Shown: positions 20,532 through 29,862, counted from the first letter of the stretch. The stretch is DNA of 64,000 nt from Pseudobdellovibrionaceae bacterium (GCA_021463345.1 JAJTYM010000002.1:33422-97421); one strand, 5' to 3'. The notes: a model not told the origin generated them from the sequence alone. A program made the numbers and translations.

Positions 20532-21265
20532 GCGTCCGCATCGACGGGTCGAGCGCATTCCTGAGAACCGACGGCGGTTGGATCGGCAAGATCGGCGGCG
20601 CAATCCTCTTCTTCGGCGATAAGAACTCCGACCTTCCGAGCTTGCGGCGGCGGCACCCGAACGCGAGCTTCGCGTTCTTGAATCAGGTGCATTCCGACCA
20701 AATCCACGGCGTCGCGGACGCGCCCGCGAAAACGCCCGATACGTTCACGGCTTGCGACTGGCCCGAAGCCGACGCGCACGTCACCTCCCGGAAAAGCATC
20801 GCGCTTTGCGTGCGCACGGCCGACTGCGTCCCCGTGCTGATCGCGTCGAGCGATTCGGTCGCGGCCGTGCACGCCGGCTGGCGGGGTTTGGAATCGGAGA
20901 TCATCCAAAAAACGATCTTGAAGATGCGCACGAACGGCGTCGCGACGCGTGACCTCAAAGCGGTCATCGGCCCGCACATCGGAGGACAGAGCTTCGAGGT
21001 CGGGCGCGACGTTTCTGAGAGGCTCAACGCCGTTTTCCGCAAGCTTCGCTACAATCCGGCGCCGATCTCGCGCCCTCACCCGGCCGATCCGGAAAAGCGC
21101 AGGATCGACATGTCGACCCTAGCGCAAGCGCAGCTGATCCAGAGCGGCGTTCCCGAAGAAGCCGTGACGACGTTCAGAGCCGACACGTTCACGGACCCGG
21201 AATTCCATTCCTTCCGCCGCGACAAAACCGCCGGTCGTCAGATCAGCTTCATCTTGATGATGTGA
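20528..21265 (+). CDS. pgeF: YfiH/PgeF-family purine nucleoside phosphorylase / peptidoglycan editing factor
   Basis: Motifs NQVHSDQIHGV, ADCVPVLI and HAGWRG are present. Length is 245 aa, and the start overlaps the rluD stop. Confidence 0.85.
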   Translation: MSVRIDGSSAFLRTDGGWIGKIGGAILFFGDKNSDLPSLRRRHPNASFAFLNQVHSDQIHGVADAPAKTPDTFTACDWPEADAHVTSRKSIALCVRTADCVPVLIASSDSVAAVHAGWRGLESEIIQKTILKMRTNGVATRDLKAVIGPHIGGQSFEVGRDVSERLNAVFRKLRYNPAPISRPHPADPEKRRIDMSTLAQAQLIQSGVPEEAVTTFRADTFTDPEFHSFRRDKTAGRQISFILMM

Positions 21266-21266
21266 C

Positions 21267-21887
21267 TCACTCGAGCCAGCGCACCCGGCCTTCGTTTTGC
21301 CGGGGCGCCTTCGGCGGTTCATGGTCGGGGTACCCGAGCACGAGACCGCAAAGGAGCTCGAGCGCGCCGTCCTGATACTCCGGCAGGCGATCGGCTCCGA
21401 CGAACCTGTCCACCTCATCCCTGACCTCGAGCGGCGCGCCCATCGTGCAACAACCAAGGCCCTCGACGAGCGCGGCGAGATTCATGTTCTCCACGGCCAT
21501 GTACACCGATCCGATGCTGGTGTGGTAACGCTCCTCCGCGTCGTTCAGCGAATAACAAAGGATGACGACCGGCGCGTCGCCCAAAGTAAAGAAAAAGCGC
21601 TCGGTGAAACGGTAAAGCGACGGCTTCAGACGTTTCTCGAGGACGTCTTTGATGCCGAGCCAGGCCTTTTGCGAAAGTTTCAGGTACTCGTCGCGTTTTT
21701 TCCCGGTGAGCACGAAGAAGCGCCAGTTCTGCCGGTTCTTGCCGGAAGGCGCGTGCATTCCCGCCGCGAGGATTCTCTCGATCGCTTCCCTCGGCACGGG
21801 CTTGGGCTGGTACTTGCGGATCGATTTGCGCGCCTCAAGAAGACGGTAGAACTCCCCTCGGAACCCAGCATCTTTGAATTCGATCAT
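21267..21887 (-). CDS. nitroreductase-family protein
   Basis: ORF 21267..22016. GGAGA SD precedes ATG 21887, giving MIEFKDAGF...ARKSIRKYQPKPVPREAIERILAAGMHAPSGKNRQNWRFFVL. Confidence 0.85.
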   Translation of the reverse strand: MIEFKDAGFRGEFYRLLEARKSIRKYQPKPVPREAIERILAAGMHAPSGKNRQNWRFFVLTGKKRDEYLKLSQKAWLGIKDVLEKRLKPSLYRFTERFFFTLGDAPVVILCYSLNDAEERYHTSIGSVYMAVENMNLAALVEGLGCCTMGAPLEVRDEVDRFVGADRLPEYQDGALELLCGLVLGYPDHEPPKAPRQNEGRVRWLE

Positions 21888-22066
21888 GGCGTCTCCGCTG
21901 ACATCTTGCGCGGCGCCTCCCAGGGCGGCACTCTGGCCTCGGCATCTCGATTCGAGACTCCCGCCACGCGCCCGCACGCTAACACCTGCGCCAACAGCTG
22001 TCGAGTCCGTAGACATCCTACCTCAATTTAAGTATTCGTATTTATTTGTCTTTTTTAAAATTCGCT

Positions 22067-22082
22067 TGGCACCTCGTTTGTA
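22067..22082 (+). promoter_or_regulatory. sigma-54-like -24/-12 element (one mismatch at -12)
   Basis: TGGCAC-ctcgt-TTGTA compares with consensus TGGCAC-N5-TTGCW. It lies about 43 nt upstream of ATG 22125, next to an AT-rich tract at 22020-22060. Confidence 0.3.
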
Positions 22083-22124
22083 ACGATTGGTTCGCAGGCG
22101 CTCAGAGCGCGACGGGGGTCCGCC

Positions 22125-22601
22125 ATGATATTCAAATCCAAAAACGCCCAGCAGCGTTGGATGTTCGCCGGTCAAGCGCTTCTGATCGCCCTCTGCGCAT
22201 TGAGTTTCGTGGCTGCCATCCACCCCGACGCCCGCACGAGCGTGCGGGAAACGTTCCTGTCGGATTACCGGGTTCTCGTCTCGAGCGCGCGCGCTGACCT
22301 CGTCGGCAACGGCATCGCGTACACCGTGACCAAAATAAAAACCCGCGATTCCATTTTTCTCGAGATTTTCCGGCCCGAAGCGGGCGGCGGGCAGCGACTC
22401 ATGGAAAAAATCGAGCTCGCCGATTCGCGTGACGGCCACTTCAATTTCAACGGCCGCGTCGCGAATCTCGCTCTCGAAGACATCGACGACGACGGCAAGG
22501 CCGAAATCCTCGTCCCGATCTTCGACCGCGACCTCGTCGGCCGCCTCAACATCTTCAAATACAACGAAGGCGCCAACGGCTTCGAACGCATCATCCGCTA
22601 A
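22125..22601 (+). CDS. membrane-anchored protein with an FG-GAP/VCBS-like Asp-rich motif (unknown function)
   Basis: The 158-aa ORF has N-terminal TM segment WMFAGQALLIALCALSFVAAI and the motif LEDIDDDGKAEILVP. Confidence 0.6.
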   Translation: MIFKSKNAQQRWMFAGQALLIALCALSFVAAIHPDARTSVRETFLSDYRVLVSSARADLVGNGIAYTVTKIKTRDSIFLEIFRPEAGGGQRLMEKIELADSRDGHFNFNGRVANLALEDIDDDGKAEILVPIFDRDLVGRLNIFKYNEGANGFERIIR

Positions 22602-22626
22602 AAGGTGACACGCACCTTTTTGTTCA
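22600..22626. repeat. left inverted repeat with internal hairpin
   Basis: The sequence is aaaaggtgacacgcacctttttgttca, with internal stem aaaaggtg/cacctttt and loop acacg. It overlaps the stop codon of 22125..22601. Confidence 0.85.
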
Positions 22627-22743
22627 GAATCGCGTCAAACACCGAACAGTCACCGAAACCCATTTGCCGTTCAGATCTCCGCCGAAAGACGGACAACATT
22701 TTGTCATCACGATCTCCACGGCGCCCGCAGCACTGCATCCAGT

Positions 22744-23394
22744 TTGAAGACTTGCCCACTCATGGGTCGGCCACTGTCTCCTCGAACTGATGCATTTCCA
22801 TTTCACGTGGTCGCTCGAAGCAATAATAAAGACTGGTTTTCCATTTCGATGCGTTTATGCTGGCGCATTTTTTTGCGCAATCTTTGGGGAGTACGCGACC
22901 GATATGGTTTTGAAACACACGGCTTTGTATTGATGAGCAACCATTTCCATTGGTTGCTGTCCACCCCGCGCGCAAACCTAGGAGACGGGATGTGCTGGTT
23001 TCAAACTCGCACCAGTTGGTCTGTTGCCCGATCCTCAGGACGCATCAATCGCATATATGGTGGGAGATACAAGCCGACCTTGTTGGCGAAACCCGACCAT
23101 TTTGCCAACTGCCTTCGCTATATCTATCAAAATCCGGTACGCGCCAGGATCACCGACTCCGTTAGAGAATATCCCTGGTCGACATTCGCGCGGGACAAAA
23201 CCGTGCTGTCGCCTCGCCCTGGTTGGGACCAGCTCGTCCCACCGCCGAAGGACTTCAACAGCTGGATAGAAAAGCTGCCAGGACAAAGCATCGATGAACA
23301 GATCAGGCGTGCGATGCGAAGAAAGACATTTCAATATCCGAGAGATCCGGTGACGCGAAAGCCAATTGATGGAAGGATTTTGACGCAAACTTGA
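22744..23394 (+). CDS. REP-associated tyrosine transposase (IS200-like Y1/HUH family)
   Basis: The HUH motif is FVLMSNHFHWLLSTP, and the catalytic Tyr motif is CLRYIYQNPVRARI. The N-terminus has FPFHVVARSNNKDWF. The start may be the internal Met (MGRPL...). Confidence 0.8.
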   Translation: MKTCPLMGRPLSPRTDAFPFHVVARSNNKDWFSISMRLCWRIFLRNLWGVRDRYGFETHGFVLMSNHFHWLLSTPRANLGDGMCWFQTRTSWSVARSSGRINRIYGGRYKPTLLAKPDHFANCLRYIYQNPVRARITDSVREYPWSTFARDKTVLSPRPGWDQLVPPPKDFNSWIEKLPGQSIDEQIRRAMRRKTFQYPRDPVTRKPIDGRILTQT

Positions 23395-23417
23395 ACAAAA
23401 AGGTGCGTGTCACTTTT
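23392..23417. repeat. right inverted repeat
   Basis: tgaacaaaaaggtgcgtgtcactttt is the reverse complement of the left repeat minus one C. It overlaps the stop codons of both the transposase and mltG. Confidence 0.85.
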
Positions 23418-24462
23418 GGGCGGAGCCTCGTTTGCGGAGATCGCGCCAGCTTTTGCCTTCGCGGGCTTTGCGATTGAGCTGGAAGTTTTTGACCGCTCGA
23501 TTATGGGCCTCATAGGTTTTCGAAAAAACGTGGGTCCCGTCATTCCGACTCACGAAATAAAAGTATTCAGTCGACGCCGGACGGGAAGCCGCGAACAACG
23601 CCTCGCGCCCTGGATTCGCGATCGGGCCCGGAGGCAGGCCCGCGCGGGTGTACGTGTTGTACGGCCCGTCGGCGGTAAGATCCGCGCGAGAGATGTTCTT
23701 GTTCCATTGCCCGGTCGCGGCGAACAGGCCGTAAATGATCGTCGGGTCCGTCTGCAAACGCATGCCCTTGAGCAGGCGATTGTGGAAAACGGATGATATC
23801 ACCGGCCGCTCTTCCGGTGCGCCGGTTTCCTTTTCGACGATGCTCGCCAACGTCACCAGTTGATGGCGGGTCATCGCATGCGCCGGCACTTCTCCGTAGG
23901 TCGCCAGGAAACGCCCAACCATCATTTTGATCAAGCCGCGCGCGCCCGTGTATTTCGTCACTTTATACGTCTCGGGAAAAAGATACCCTTCCAAGCTCGG
24001 CAGGCTCTCGCCCAGGAGTTCCTGGACGAGGGCGCCGTTCCGGACGAGCTGCAAAAACTCGTCGCGGCCGGCGAGACCCGCCTTTTCGAAGATATCGGCG
24101 ATCTCGAAGATATTGAGACCCTCCGGGATCGTGATCGAACGCTCGACGCTTTTGCCAGAAACGATCGTAGCCAAAACCTCAGCCGGCTTCATGTCCGTCC
24201 GCATGGCGTACTCGCCGACGCGGACCCTGTTTTCCGCCTTTTGGAGCCGAGCGTACCAATAAAACGCGACGGCGTCGGTCACAAGGCCCGAATCTTCGAG
24301 CCTGTGCGCGACGGCTTTGAGCGACGCGCCCGGAGCGATCTCGAAAATCGCGTCCGCGCCCGATTCGCTCGGGACGGACCACAGGAATTTGACCGCGACC
24401 AGGGCGCCGGCGGCGACGACCAGAGATGCCAGACCAATCATGGCCAAAAGCGGATTTTTCAT
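23410..24462 (-). CDS. mltG: endolytic murein transglycosylase (YceG family)
   Basis: The N-terminal TM anchor is MKNPLLAMIGLASLVVAAGALVAV. The YceG signature is PYNTYTRAGLPPGPIANPG. Length is 350 aa. Confidence 0.9.
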   Translation of the reverse strand: MKNPLLAMIGLASLVVAAGALVAVKFLWSVPSESGADAIFEIAPGASLKAVAHRLEDSGLVTDAVAFYWYARLQKAENRVRVGEYAMRTDMKPAEVLATIVSGKSVERSITIPEGLNIFEIADIFEKAGLAGRDEFLQLVRNGALVQELLGESLPSLEGYLFPETYKVTKYTGARGLIKMMVGRFLATYGEVPAHAMTRHQLVTLASIVEKETGAPEERPVISSVFHNRLLKGMRLQTDPTIIYGLFAATGQWNKNISRADLTADGPYNTYTRAGLPPGPIANPGREALFAASRPASTEYFYFVSRNDGTHVFSKTYEAHNRAVKNFQLNRKAREGKSWRDLRKRGSAQK

Positions 24463-25976
24463 TTCAAAGGCTCGAAGTTCATTCCCGGCGGCATGCCTTT
24501 CGTGTCAAACGGAGTCGTGTCTTCCAAGCTCGCGACCGGGACCGTCGTGTAATAGACCGCGTAATGCGCCGACGGGCGATCGTTGCCGGATTTGCCGCGG
24601 CCACCGAACGGCAGGCGCGAACTCGATCCGTTCGTCGTGCGATTCCAGTTGAGCAGGCCCACTTTCGAAACCTCGAGTGCCTGTTCGTAGAGACCGCGGT
24701 TTTTAGAGAACACCGCCATCGAAAGCCCGAATCCCGTGCTGTCGTTGATCCTGAGCGCCTCGTCGAACGAGTCGACGGTGTAAATCGCGACGTTCGGCCC
24801 GAAGATCTCCGACTTTTGATAAATCGAATCTTCCCGAAACTCGTTCACCAGACAGATGCTCGGCGTGACGTAGTACCCTTTGCGGTCCAGATCGAGCGCC
24901 TTGCCGCGCATCAACCGCTCGCAGCCTTCGCGTTGGGCGATCTCTTGGAAACGGAAATACTTTTCGACGGCGTCCGCGTTGATCAACGGGCCCATGAAAG
25001 GATTGTCCTTCCAATACCCGATCGTGAGTTTTTTCGCCGTCTCGTAGAATTTTTCGGTGAACGCTTCGGCGATCGAACGATGGAGGATGATCCGGCTCGT
25101 TCCCGAACACCTCTGGCCCGCGCTCAGGAACGAGCCTTGAACCGTCTCGTAAAGCGCCTTGTTGAGGTCCGCGTCGTCCCATACGATGGTGGCGTTCTTG
25201 CCGCCCATCTCGAGCGCCAGGATCTTCCAATGGTGCTCCATCGTCGCCTGCTTGATTTTCAAGCCGGTCTCGTAGGACCCCGTGAACAGGACGCCGTCGA
25301 CGTTTTCATCGGCGCACAGGCGCTTACCGGTTTCGCCGACGCCTTGGACCAGGTTGAAGACGCCCTTGGGAAACCGCGCCTTCTCGAACATCTGCGCCAT
25401 CAGTTGTCCTGTCGCGGGAGTGACCTCCGATGGCTTGAACACCACCGTATTCCCCGTCGCGAGAGCCGGGACGATGTGCCCGTTCGGCAGATGCGCCGGG
25501 AAGTTGAACGGCCCGAGCACCGCCATCACGCCGCGCGGGCGGAAACGAACGAAGCCATCCACGCCCGGCAACGCCTCGGAGACTTTCTGCTCCTCGACGA
25601 GCTTCACCGAATGGCCGATGGTGATGTCGATCTTGTTGGACAAATTCTTCGCTTCGCCCGTCGCTTCCCAAAGCGGCTTTCCCGTCTCCCGCGCGATCGC
25701 CTCGGCGACCTGCGCTTCCATGCTCTGGTAGACTTCCTTCAAGCGGCGCAAAGCCGCGAAGCGAGCCTCGGCCGGCAGCACCGACCATTCGCGAAATGCT
25801 TCTTTCGCCGCCCGCGTCGCCGCCGCCACATGATCGTAACGGTACTCGAGCCGCATGATCTCGTCTTTGAGATCGGCCGGGCTCGTGTCAACGAACTCCC
25901 CGTCAGGTCGGTCAGGCTTGACCCACGCGCCGTCGATGTAATCCCCGAGATACGGAAACGAACGAAGCTCGCTCAT
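24459..25976 (-). CDS. astD: N-succinylglutamate 5-semialdehyde dehydrogenase
   Basis: Aldehyde dehydrogenase with AstD-like strings ARETGKPLWEA, GPFNFPAHLPNGHIVPAL, ILALEMGGKN, AGQRCS and NWNRTTNGSSSRLPFGGRGKSGNDRPSA. Confidence 0.8.
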   Translation of the reverse strand: MSELRSFPYLGDYIDGAWVKPDRPDGEFVDTSPADLKDEIMRLEYRYDHVAAATRAAKEAFREWSVLPAEARFAALRRLKEVYQSMEAQVAEAIARETGKPLWEATGEAKNLSNKIDITIGHSVKLVEEQKVSEALPGVDGFVRFRPRGVMAVLGPFNFPAHLPNGHIVPALATGNTVVFKPSEVTPATGQLMAQMFEKARFPKGVFNLVQGVGETGKRLCADENVDGVLFTGSYETGLKIKQATMEHHWKILALEMGGKNATIVWDDADLNKALYETVQGSFLSAGQRCSGTSRIILHRSIAEAFTEKFYETAKKLTIGYWKDNPFMGPLINADAVEKYFRFQEIAQREGCERLMRGKALDLDRKGYYVTPSICLVNEFREDSIYQKSEIFGPNVAIYTVDSFDEALRINDSTGFGLSMAVFSKNRGLYEQALEVSKVGLLNWNRTTNGSSSRLPFGGRGKSGNDRPSAHYAVYYTTVPVASLEDTTPFDTKGMPPGMNFEPLK

Positions 25977-25991
25977 ACCCTCTCCTTTCCT

Positions 25992-27014
25992 TCAACCGCC
26001 CTTGACCGGGGAAAGGAACACTTTTTCCCCCGGGCCGAGGTTCAACCCGCGCATCGTCATTGCAGGCAGCACGACGCCGCCGTCCTGGTCCTCGTAAGCC
26101 GTCTGCGCGCCGCGGAACATGCCCTCGCGCTTGATGCCGATGAGCGCGTGCTTGGCGAACTGGGCCCGATTCGATTCTAGCACGGAAACCCATCCGCCGT
26201 TTTTCACGACCGAAATATCCTGCAGCTCCGCGCCGAAGTGCGGGCCGCCGTCGAACGGATCGACTTCCTGCAGGTACTTGAAACCGATCGATTCGAGCAG
26301 GTGCTGGGCGGGCCTGGTTTCCTGGCCCACTCGCCCGAGAACGAGGCGAGCCCGCGAGTCCAGGAGCGTCAGGTAGATGTCCTCTTCCGGGAACAGGCTG
26401 CGGATGAACTCCTTGTTCCGTTGGCTGATCAGGTCCGCCTCCTGGTACGGGAGCCCGGTGAACCGGCGCCCCAACGCTTCCCAAAACTCGCTGCGCCCGC
26501 CCTCGGCGAGCGGCGGAGTCAATTCGCACAGCACGCGCGGCTGGAAGTCCTCGGGATTCATCCCCATGTACACGAAACGGATCAAGCTGATCTGCCGCCC
26601 GAGTTTTTCCGGGCGCCGGCGGTAGTTGCGGTCGATCAGCAGGCCGCCGATTTCCGTCGGGCCGTTTGCGTCCTCGCACAGGCGCAGGACCTGGTGGATG
26701 AAACCGATGCCCAGGTCCTCGGAGAAGCGGTTCCTTTTGAGGATTTTGAAGTAATAATGCGGGCTCTCCTCGTTCCCATGCTTGGAAATGATCAGCGAAC
26801 TGCCCGCGAGCTGCCCTTGTTCGAGATCCTCGACCACGAAGAGGTATTCCGCCTCCGGCGGCGGCAGATCGCCCGCGAACGAAGCGAGGCTCCTCTCGAT
26901 TTTTTCGCTGAGCACCTTCTTGTCGCTCGGCAGGTTGAGCAAGGAAAATTGCGCCGCGAGATCGCTCAATTGCTTGAGGTCCTGGACGGTGGCACCGCGG
27001 AGTAGGAAATTCAT
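25992..27014 (-). CDS. astA: arginine/ornithine N-succinyltransferase
   Basis: The 340-aa ORF has an AstA-like pattern: LPSDKKVLSEKIERSLASF, YLFVVEDLEQGQLAG, SEFWEALGRRF and FKYLQEVDPFDGGP. Confidence 0.78.
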   Translation of the reverse strand: MNFLLRGATVQDLKQLSDLAAQFSLLNLPSDKKVLSEKIERSLASFAGDLPPPEAEYLFVVEDLEQGQLAGSSLIISKHGNEESPHYYFKILKRNRFSEDLGIGFIHQVLRLCEDANGPTEIGGLLIDRNYRRRPEKLGRQISLIRFVYMGMNPEDFQPRVLCELTPPLAEGGRSEFWEALGRRFTGLPYQEADLISQRNKEFIRSLFPEEDIYLTLLDSRARLVLGRVGQETRPAQHLLESIGFKYLQEVDPFDGGPHFGAELQDISVVKNGGWVSVLESNRAQFAKHALIGIKREGMFRGAQTAYEDQDGGVVLPAMTMRGLNLGPGEKVFLSPVKGG

Positions 27015-28354
27015 AAGCAGACTCTTTCGATGACGCCCTTGTAAAAACGGACCGCTTCGTGGAGTTGGCTGATTCTGACATGCTCGTTGGGCGCATGGCT
27101 ATTGCCGGCGCCGCGCCCGGGCCCTATGACGGCGCATTCCATGCCGAACCGGCTGAAAACATTGGCTTCGTTGGCGGCCGATTTGGTCGCGCACCGCGCG
27201 TCGATCCCGAGACGCGACAATTCGCCTTGCGCGATCCGCACGAACTCCGCGTCGCTTGGCGTGCGGAACGGTTGCTTGTAGTCCGTCACGCGAAACGTAC
27301 CGCCCACCGACGCGCACGCATCGCGCAAAACCCTCATCCAACCTTCGTAGACCTCGTTCGTCACGACCGGAGGCAGTCGGCAGCAGCCCATCATACCGAC
27401 GTAGTCCCGGTAAGTGCGGATGAGACCGATGTTCAGCGTGGGCCGAGACGGATCGAAACCCGCGTCCGCGTAGTTCGCGAAATCGCGTTCGACCCCGGCG
27501 ATCGCGTCCATCACGGTCTTCAGTCTGCGGCCGATGTTTTCGCGCAAGCCCCCGATCACGTCGATCTCGAGCATCGCCTGCGCCGGCACCGTGTTGAAGC
27601 TCACGCCGCCTTCGATGCCCATCACCGCCAAACCCTCGGGCAGTTTCGCGAGGTAATCGAGCATCTTGAGGATCGCGCTGTCCCCCGCGTCCGGGTCCGA
27701 CGAGTGCGCCGACTTGCCGTTGAAAATCTTGCTCTGGGTCGACGTGCTCTCGCCCAGATCGTGGCTCGCACGGTACTCGCGCTCCTCGTCCGGAAACGGG
27801 ATCTCTATCTCGACCTGAGCGATCCCTTTCATGGCGTGGATCAAACGCATCTCGGTCGGCTCGCCGATCAGCGCGCGGCGCGCGGCGACTTTCTTCTTGC
27901 GGATCAGCCGCACGGCTCCGACCATCCCGAGCTCTTCGCCGAACGTGCCCACCAGGACGGGGGGCGTCCGAAAACGCCGCCCCCGCAACTCCTCGATCGC
28001 CTTCAGCTTGCAAAGGAAGTCGAGCTTCACGTCCGCGGAGCCGAGGCCGTAAAGCTCGTCCTGGTAGATGCTCGCGTTGAAGGGATTGGCGTTCGTCCTC
28101 GTCCACAGAGCGTAGGCTCCGGGATCGACGGTGTCCAAGTGCGTCTGCAAAAGCAACTCGCCTTCGAACGGGAACTCACCTGGCCGGGCGATCACATTGG
28201 CTTGTTCGAGGCCGTTCAGAGTCTCGCTCTGGATCTCGACGCGCAAACCCGCCTCCCGGCAAAGTTCGCCCGCGAACAGCGCCAACTCGCGGTTACCGCT
28301 CGCCGGCGTGCTCTCGATGGAGATGAACTTTCGACAGGTTTCGAGAAATTCCAA
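27011..28354 (-). CDS. M20-family metallohydrolase (ArgE/DapE-type deacylase)
   Basis: The 447-aa ORF has N-terminus MEFLETCRKFISIESTPASGNRELALFAG and motifs ...LLLQTHLDTV..., GSADVKLDF and a dimerisation-domain-like middle. Its stop overlaps the astA start. Confidence 0.78.
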   Translation of the reverse strand: MEFLETCRKFISIESTPASGNRELALFAGELCREAGLRVEIQSETLNGLEQANVIARPGEFPFEGELLLQTHLDTVDPGAYALWTRTNANPFNASIYQDELYGLGSADVKLDFLCKLKAIEELRGRRFRTPPVLVGTFGEELGMVGAVRLIRKKKVAARRALIGEPTEMRLIHAMKGIAQVEIEIPFPDEEREYRASHDLGESTSTQSKIFNGKSAHSSDPDAGDSAILKMLDYLAKLPEGLAVMGIEGGVSFNTVPAQAMLEIDVIGGLRENIGRRLKTVMDAIAGVERDFANYADAGFDPSRPTLNIGLIRTYRDYVGMMGCCRLPPVVTNEVYEGWMRVLRDACASVGGTFRVTDYKQPFRTPSDAEFVRIAQGELSRLGIDARCATKSAANEANVFSRFGMECAVIGPGRGAGNSHAPNEHVRISQLHEAVRFYKGVIERVCL

Positions 28355-28363
28355 GCGGAGCCC

Positions 28364-29746
28364 TCACGCCATTTCCAACACCGATTTCTCGATGATACGC
28401 CCGGCCAGCTCGATGTCCTTGGACGTCACGACCGCCGGGATCAGGAAACGCAAGCGGTATGGGTCGCGACCGCAGGAAAACGCGATCAGCCCGTTCTTGA
28501 AAAGCGTGTGAAGAAGCTGGGTGACCGTGTCCCTGCCGCCGTCGAGCGGGGTGACCGCGACCATCAGCCCCATGCCGCCGGCTTCGCGCAGCAGACCTTT
28601 GCACGTCGTCTCGTTCAACCGGTCCAGCATGCCGACGAATTCTTTGTGGATCCGGGAGATTTTGCCGTCGGGTCCCGTGTAGCCTCCCCCCGTGATCTCT
28701 TCGAGTATCGCCAAGCCCGCCGACAAAGAGGCGCTGGAACCAGCGAACGTGCCGGCGACGAGTCCCGGCTGCGGATTGTACTCTTCCGTGTACAGAGTCG
28801 CCGCGCACTGGAGGGTCTTGGCGACGGTGCAGAGATCGATGTACTCGCCGATCCCAAGCGTTTCGAAAGCGAACAACTCGCCCGTGCGCATGAACGTCTG
28901 CACCTCATCGGCCCAAACGGCGATCTTCCGCTCTTTGCAGAACTCGAGGAGCGGCACGAAGAACTCGCGCGGCGCGTGGCGATACCCGCCCTCCCCGAGC
29001 ATCGGCTCGAACACGAAGCACGAAATGTCCTTCCCGTGTTTGGCAACGTGCTCCTTGAGGGTCGCGAGCGAGCGTTCGGTCGAACGAGCGCCGTCGCTCG
29101 CCTCGTACCAAGGGATTCGCAGCACTTCGTGATACTCCGGCAGCCCCGCGCGGTACGCGGGATTGTCGGTGATTTCAGCCATCATCGTCGAACGGCCGGC
29201 GAAGGCGTTCTTCACGGCGATCACATGGCGCGCCGGAGAATGCTTCTGCCTCGCCATTTTGAGGGCGTTTTCGTTGGCGACCGTCCCGCACGTCGAGATC
29301 CACGCGTATTTGAGGCGGCTCCGGCGCGATGCATGCTCGACGAGCTTTTTCCCGAGCAGCGAATATTCGTGATTCGGCTCGAGGTTCCCCTGCATGACGA
29401 CGTCGGAAAGGGAGCCGCGCAGGCTCGCCGCGATCACCTTCGGATGACTGTGGCCCATGATGTGGACCCCGATCCCGTTGATCAGGTCCATTTTCACGCT
29501 GCCGTCCTCGAGTTCGACGTAAGGCCCCTGGCCCGCGCCGGTCCCGAGGTAGGGATAGAACAAAGGGCGCCCGCGGTACTTCGCGACCTCCTCGAACGCG
29601 CGCCTAGCGGAGTCCGCGAGGTCCGGGTCGGAGTCGCGGACCGTGGCGATCGGCTGTTCGAGCCGCGCGACCTCTTGCACGAGTTCCTGAATGAGCGTTT
29701 GGATGCGCGATGAGGTCGCGATCTGACGGCCGATGAGCTTGGACAT
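28364..29746 (-). CDS. class-III (PLP) aminotransferase, AstC/ArgD-like
   Basis: The 460-aa ORF contains GIGVHIMGHSHPKV, STCGTVANENALKMAR and VWADEVQTFMRTG, typical of acetyl/succinyl-ornithine-type transaminases. It is the first gene of the minus-strand cluster. Confidence 0.8.
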   Translation of the reverse strand: MSKLIGRQIATSSRIQTLIQELVQEVARLEQPIATVRDSDPDLADSARRAFEEVAKYRGRPLFYPYLGTGAGQGPYVELEDGSVKMDLINGIGVHIMGHSHPKVIAASLRGSLSDVVMQGNLEPNHEYSLLGKKLVEHASRRSRLKYAWISTCGTVANENALKMARQKHSPARHVIAVKNAFAGRSTMMAEITDNPAYRAGLPEYHEVLRIPWYEASDGARSTERSLATLKEHVAKHGKDISCFVFEPMLGEGGYRHAPREFFVPLLEFCKERKIAVWADEVQTFMRTGELFAFETLGIGEYIDLCTVAKTLQCAATLYTEEYNPQPGLVAGTFAGSSASLSAGLAILEEITGGGYTGPDGKISRIHKEFVGMLDRLNETTCKGLLREAGGMGLMVAVTPLDGGRDTVTQLLHTLFKNGLIAFSCGRDPYRLRFLIPAVVTSKDIELAGRIIEKSVLEMA

Positions 29747-29862
29747 TTTGAAAACCCCGTTCGAAGTCGGTGTGATTGCGTTTCGGTGAGGTCACTGGAC
29801 GGACGCCCGCATCTTAGTCGAAAAAGTTGCAGAATTCAGCCAGATCTCTACACTGCTATCTT

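Larger units (their letters stand above)
22600..23417 (+). mobile_element. REP/RAYT-type unit: IS200-like Y1 transposase gene bracketed by inverted hairpin repeats
   Basis: The boundaries are defined by the 27/26-nt inverted repeats listed separately. The interior is visibly less GC-rich than the flanks. Confidence 0.6.

Noticed and set aside
27059-29713. 884-aa plus-strand ORF
   Set aside because: It is antisense to the recognisable M20 hydrolase and aminotransferase genes. It is Arg/Ala/Pro/Gly-rich with no motifs, the typical stop-poor antisense frame of GC-rich DNA. The same reasoning applies to 4246..5739, 6126..7814, 10552..12276, 16833..18587, 43833..44585 and similar ORFs.
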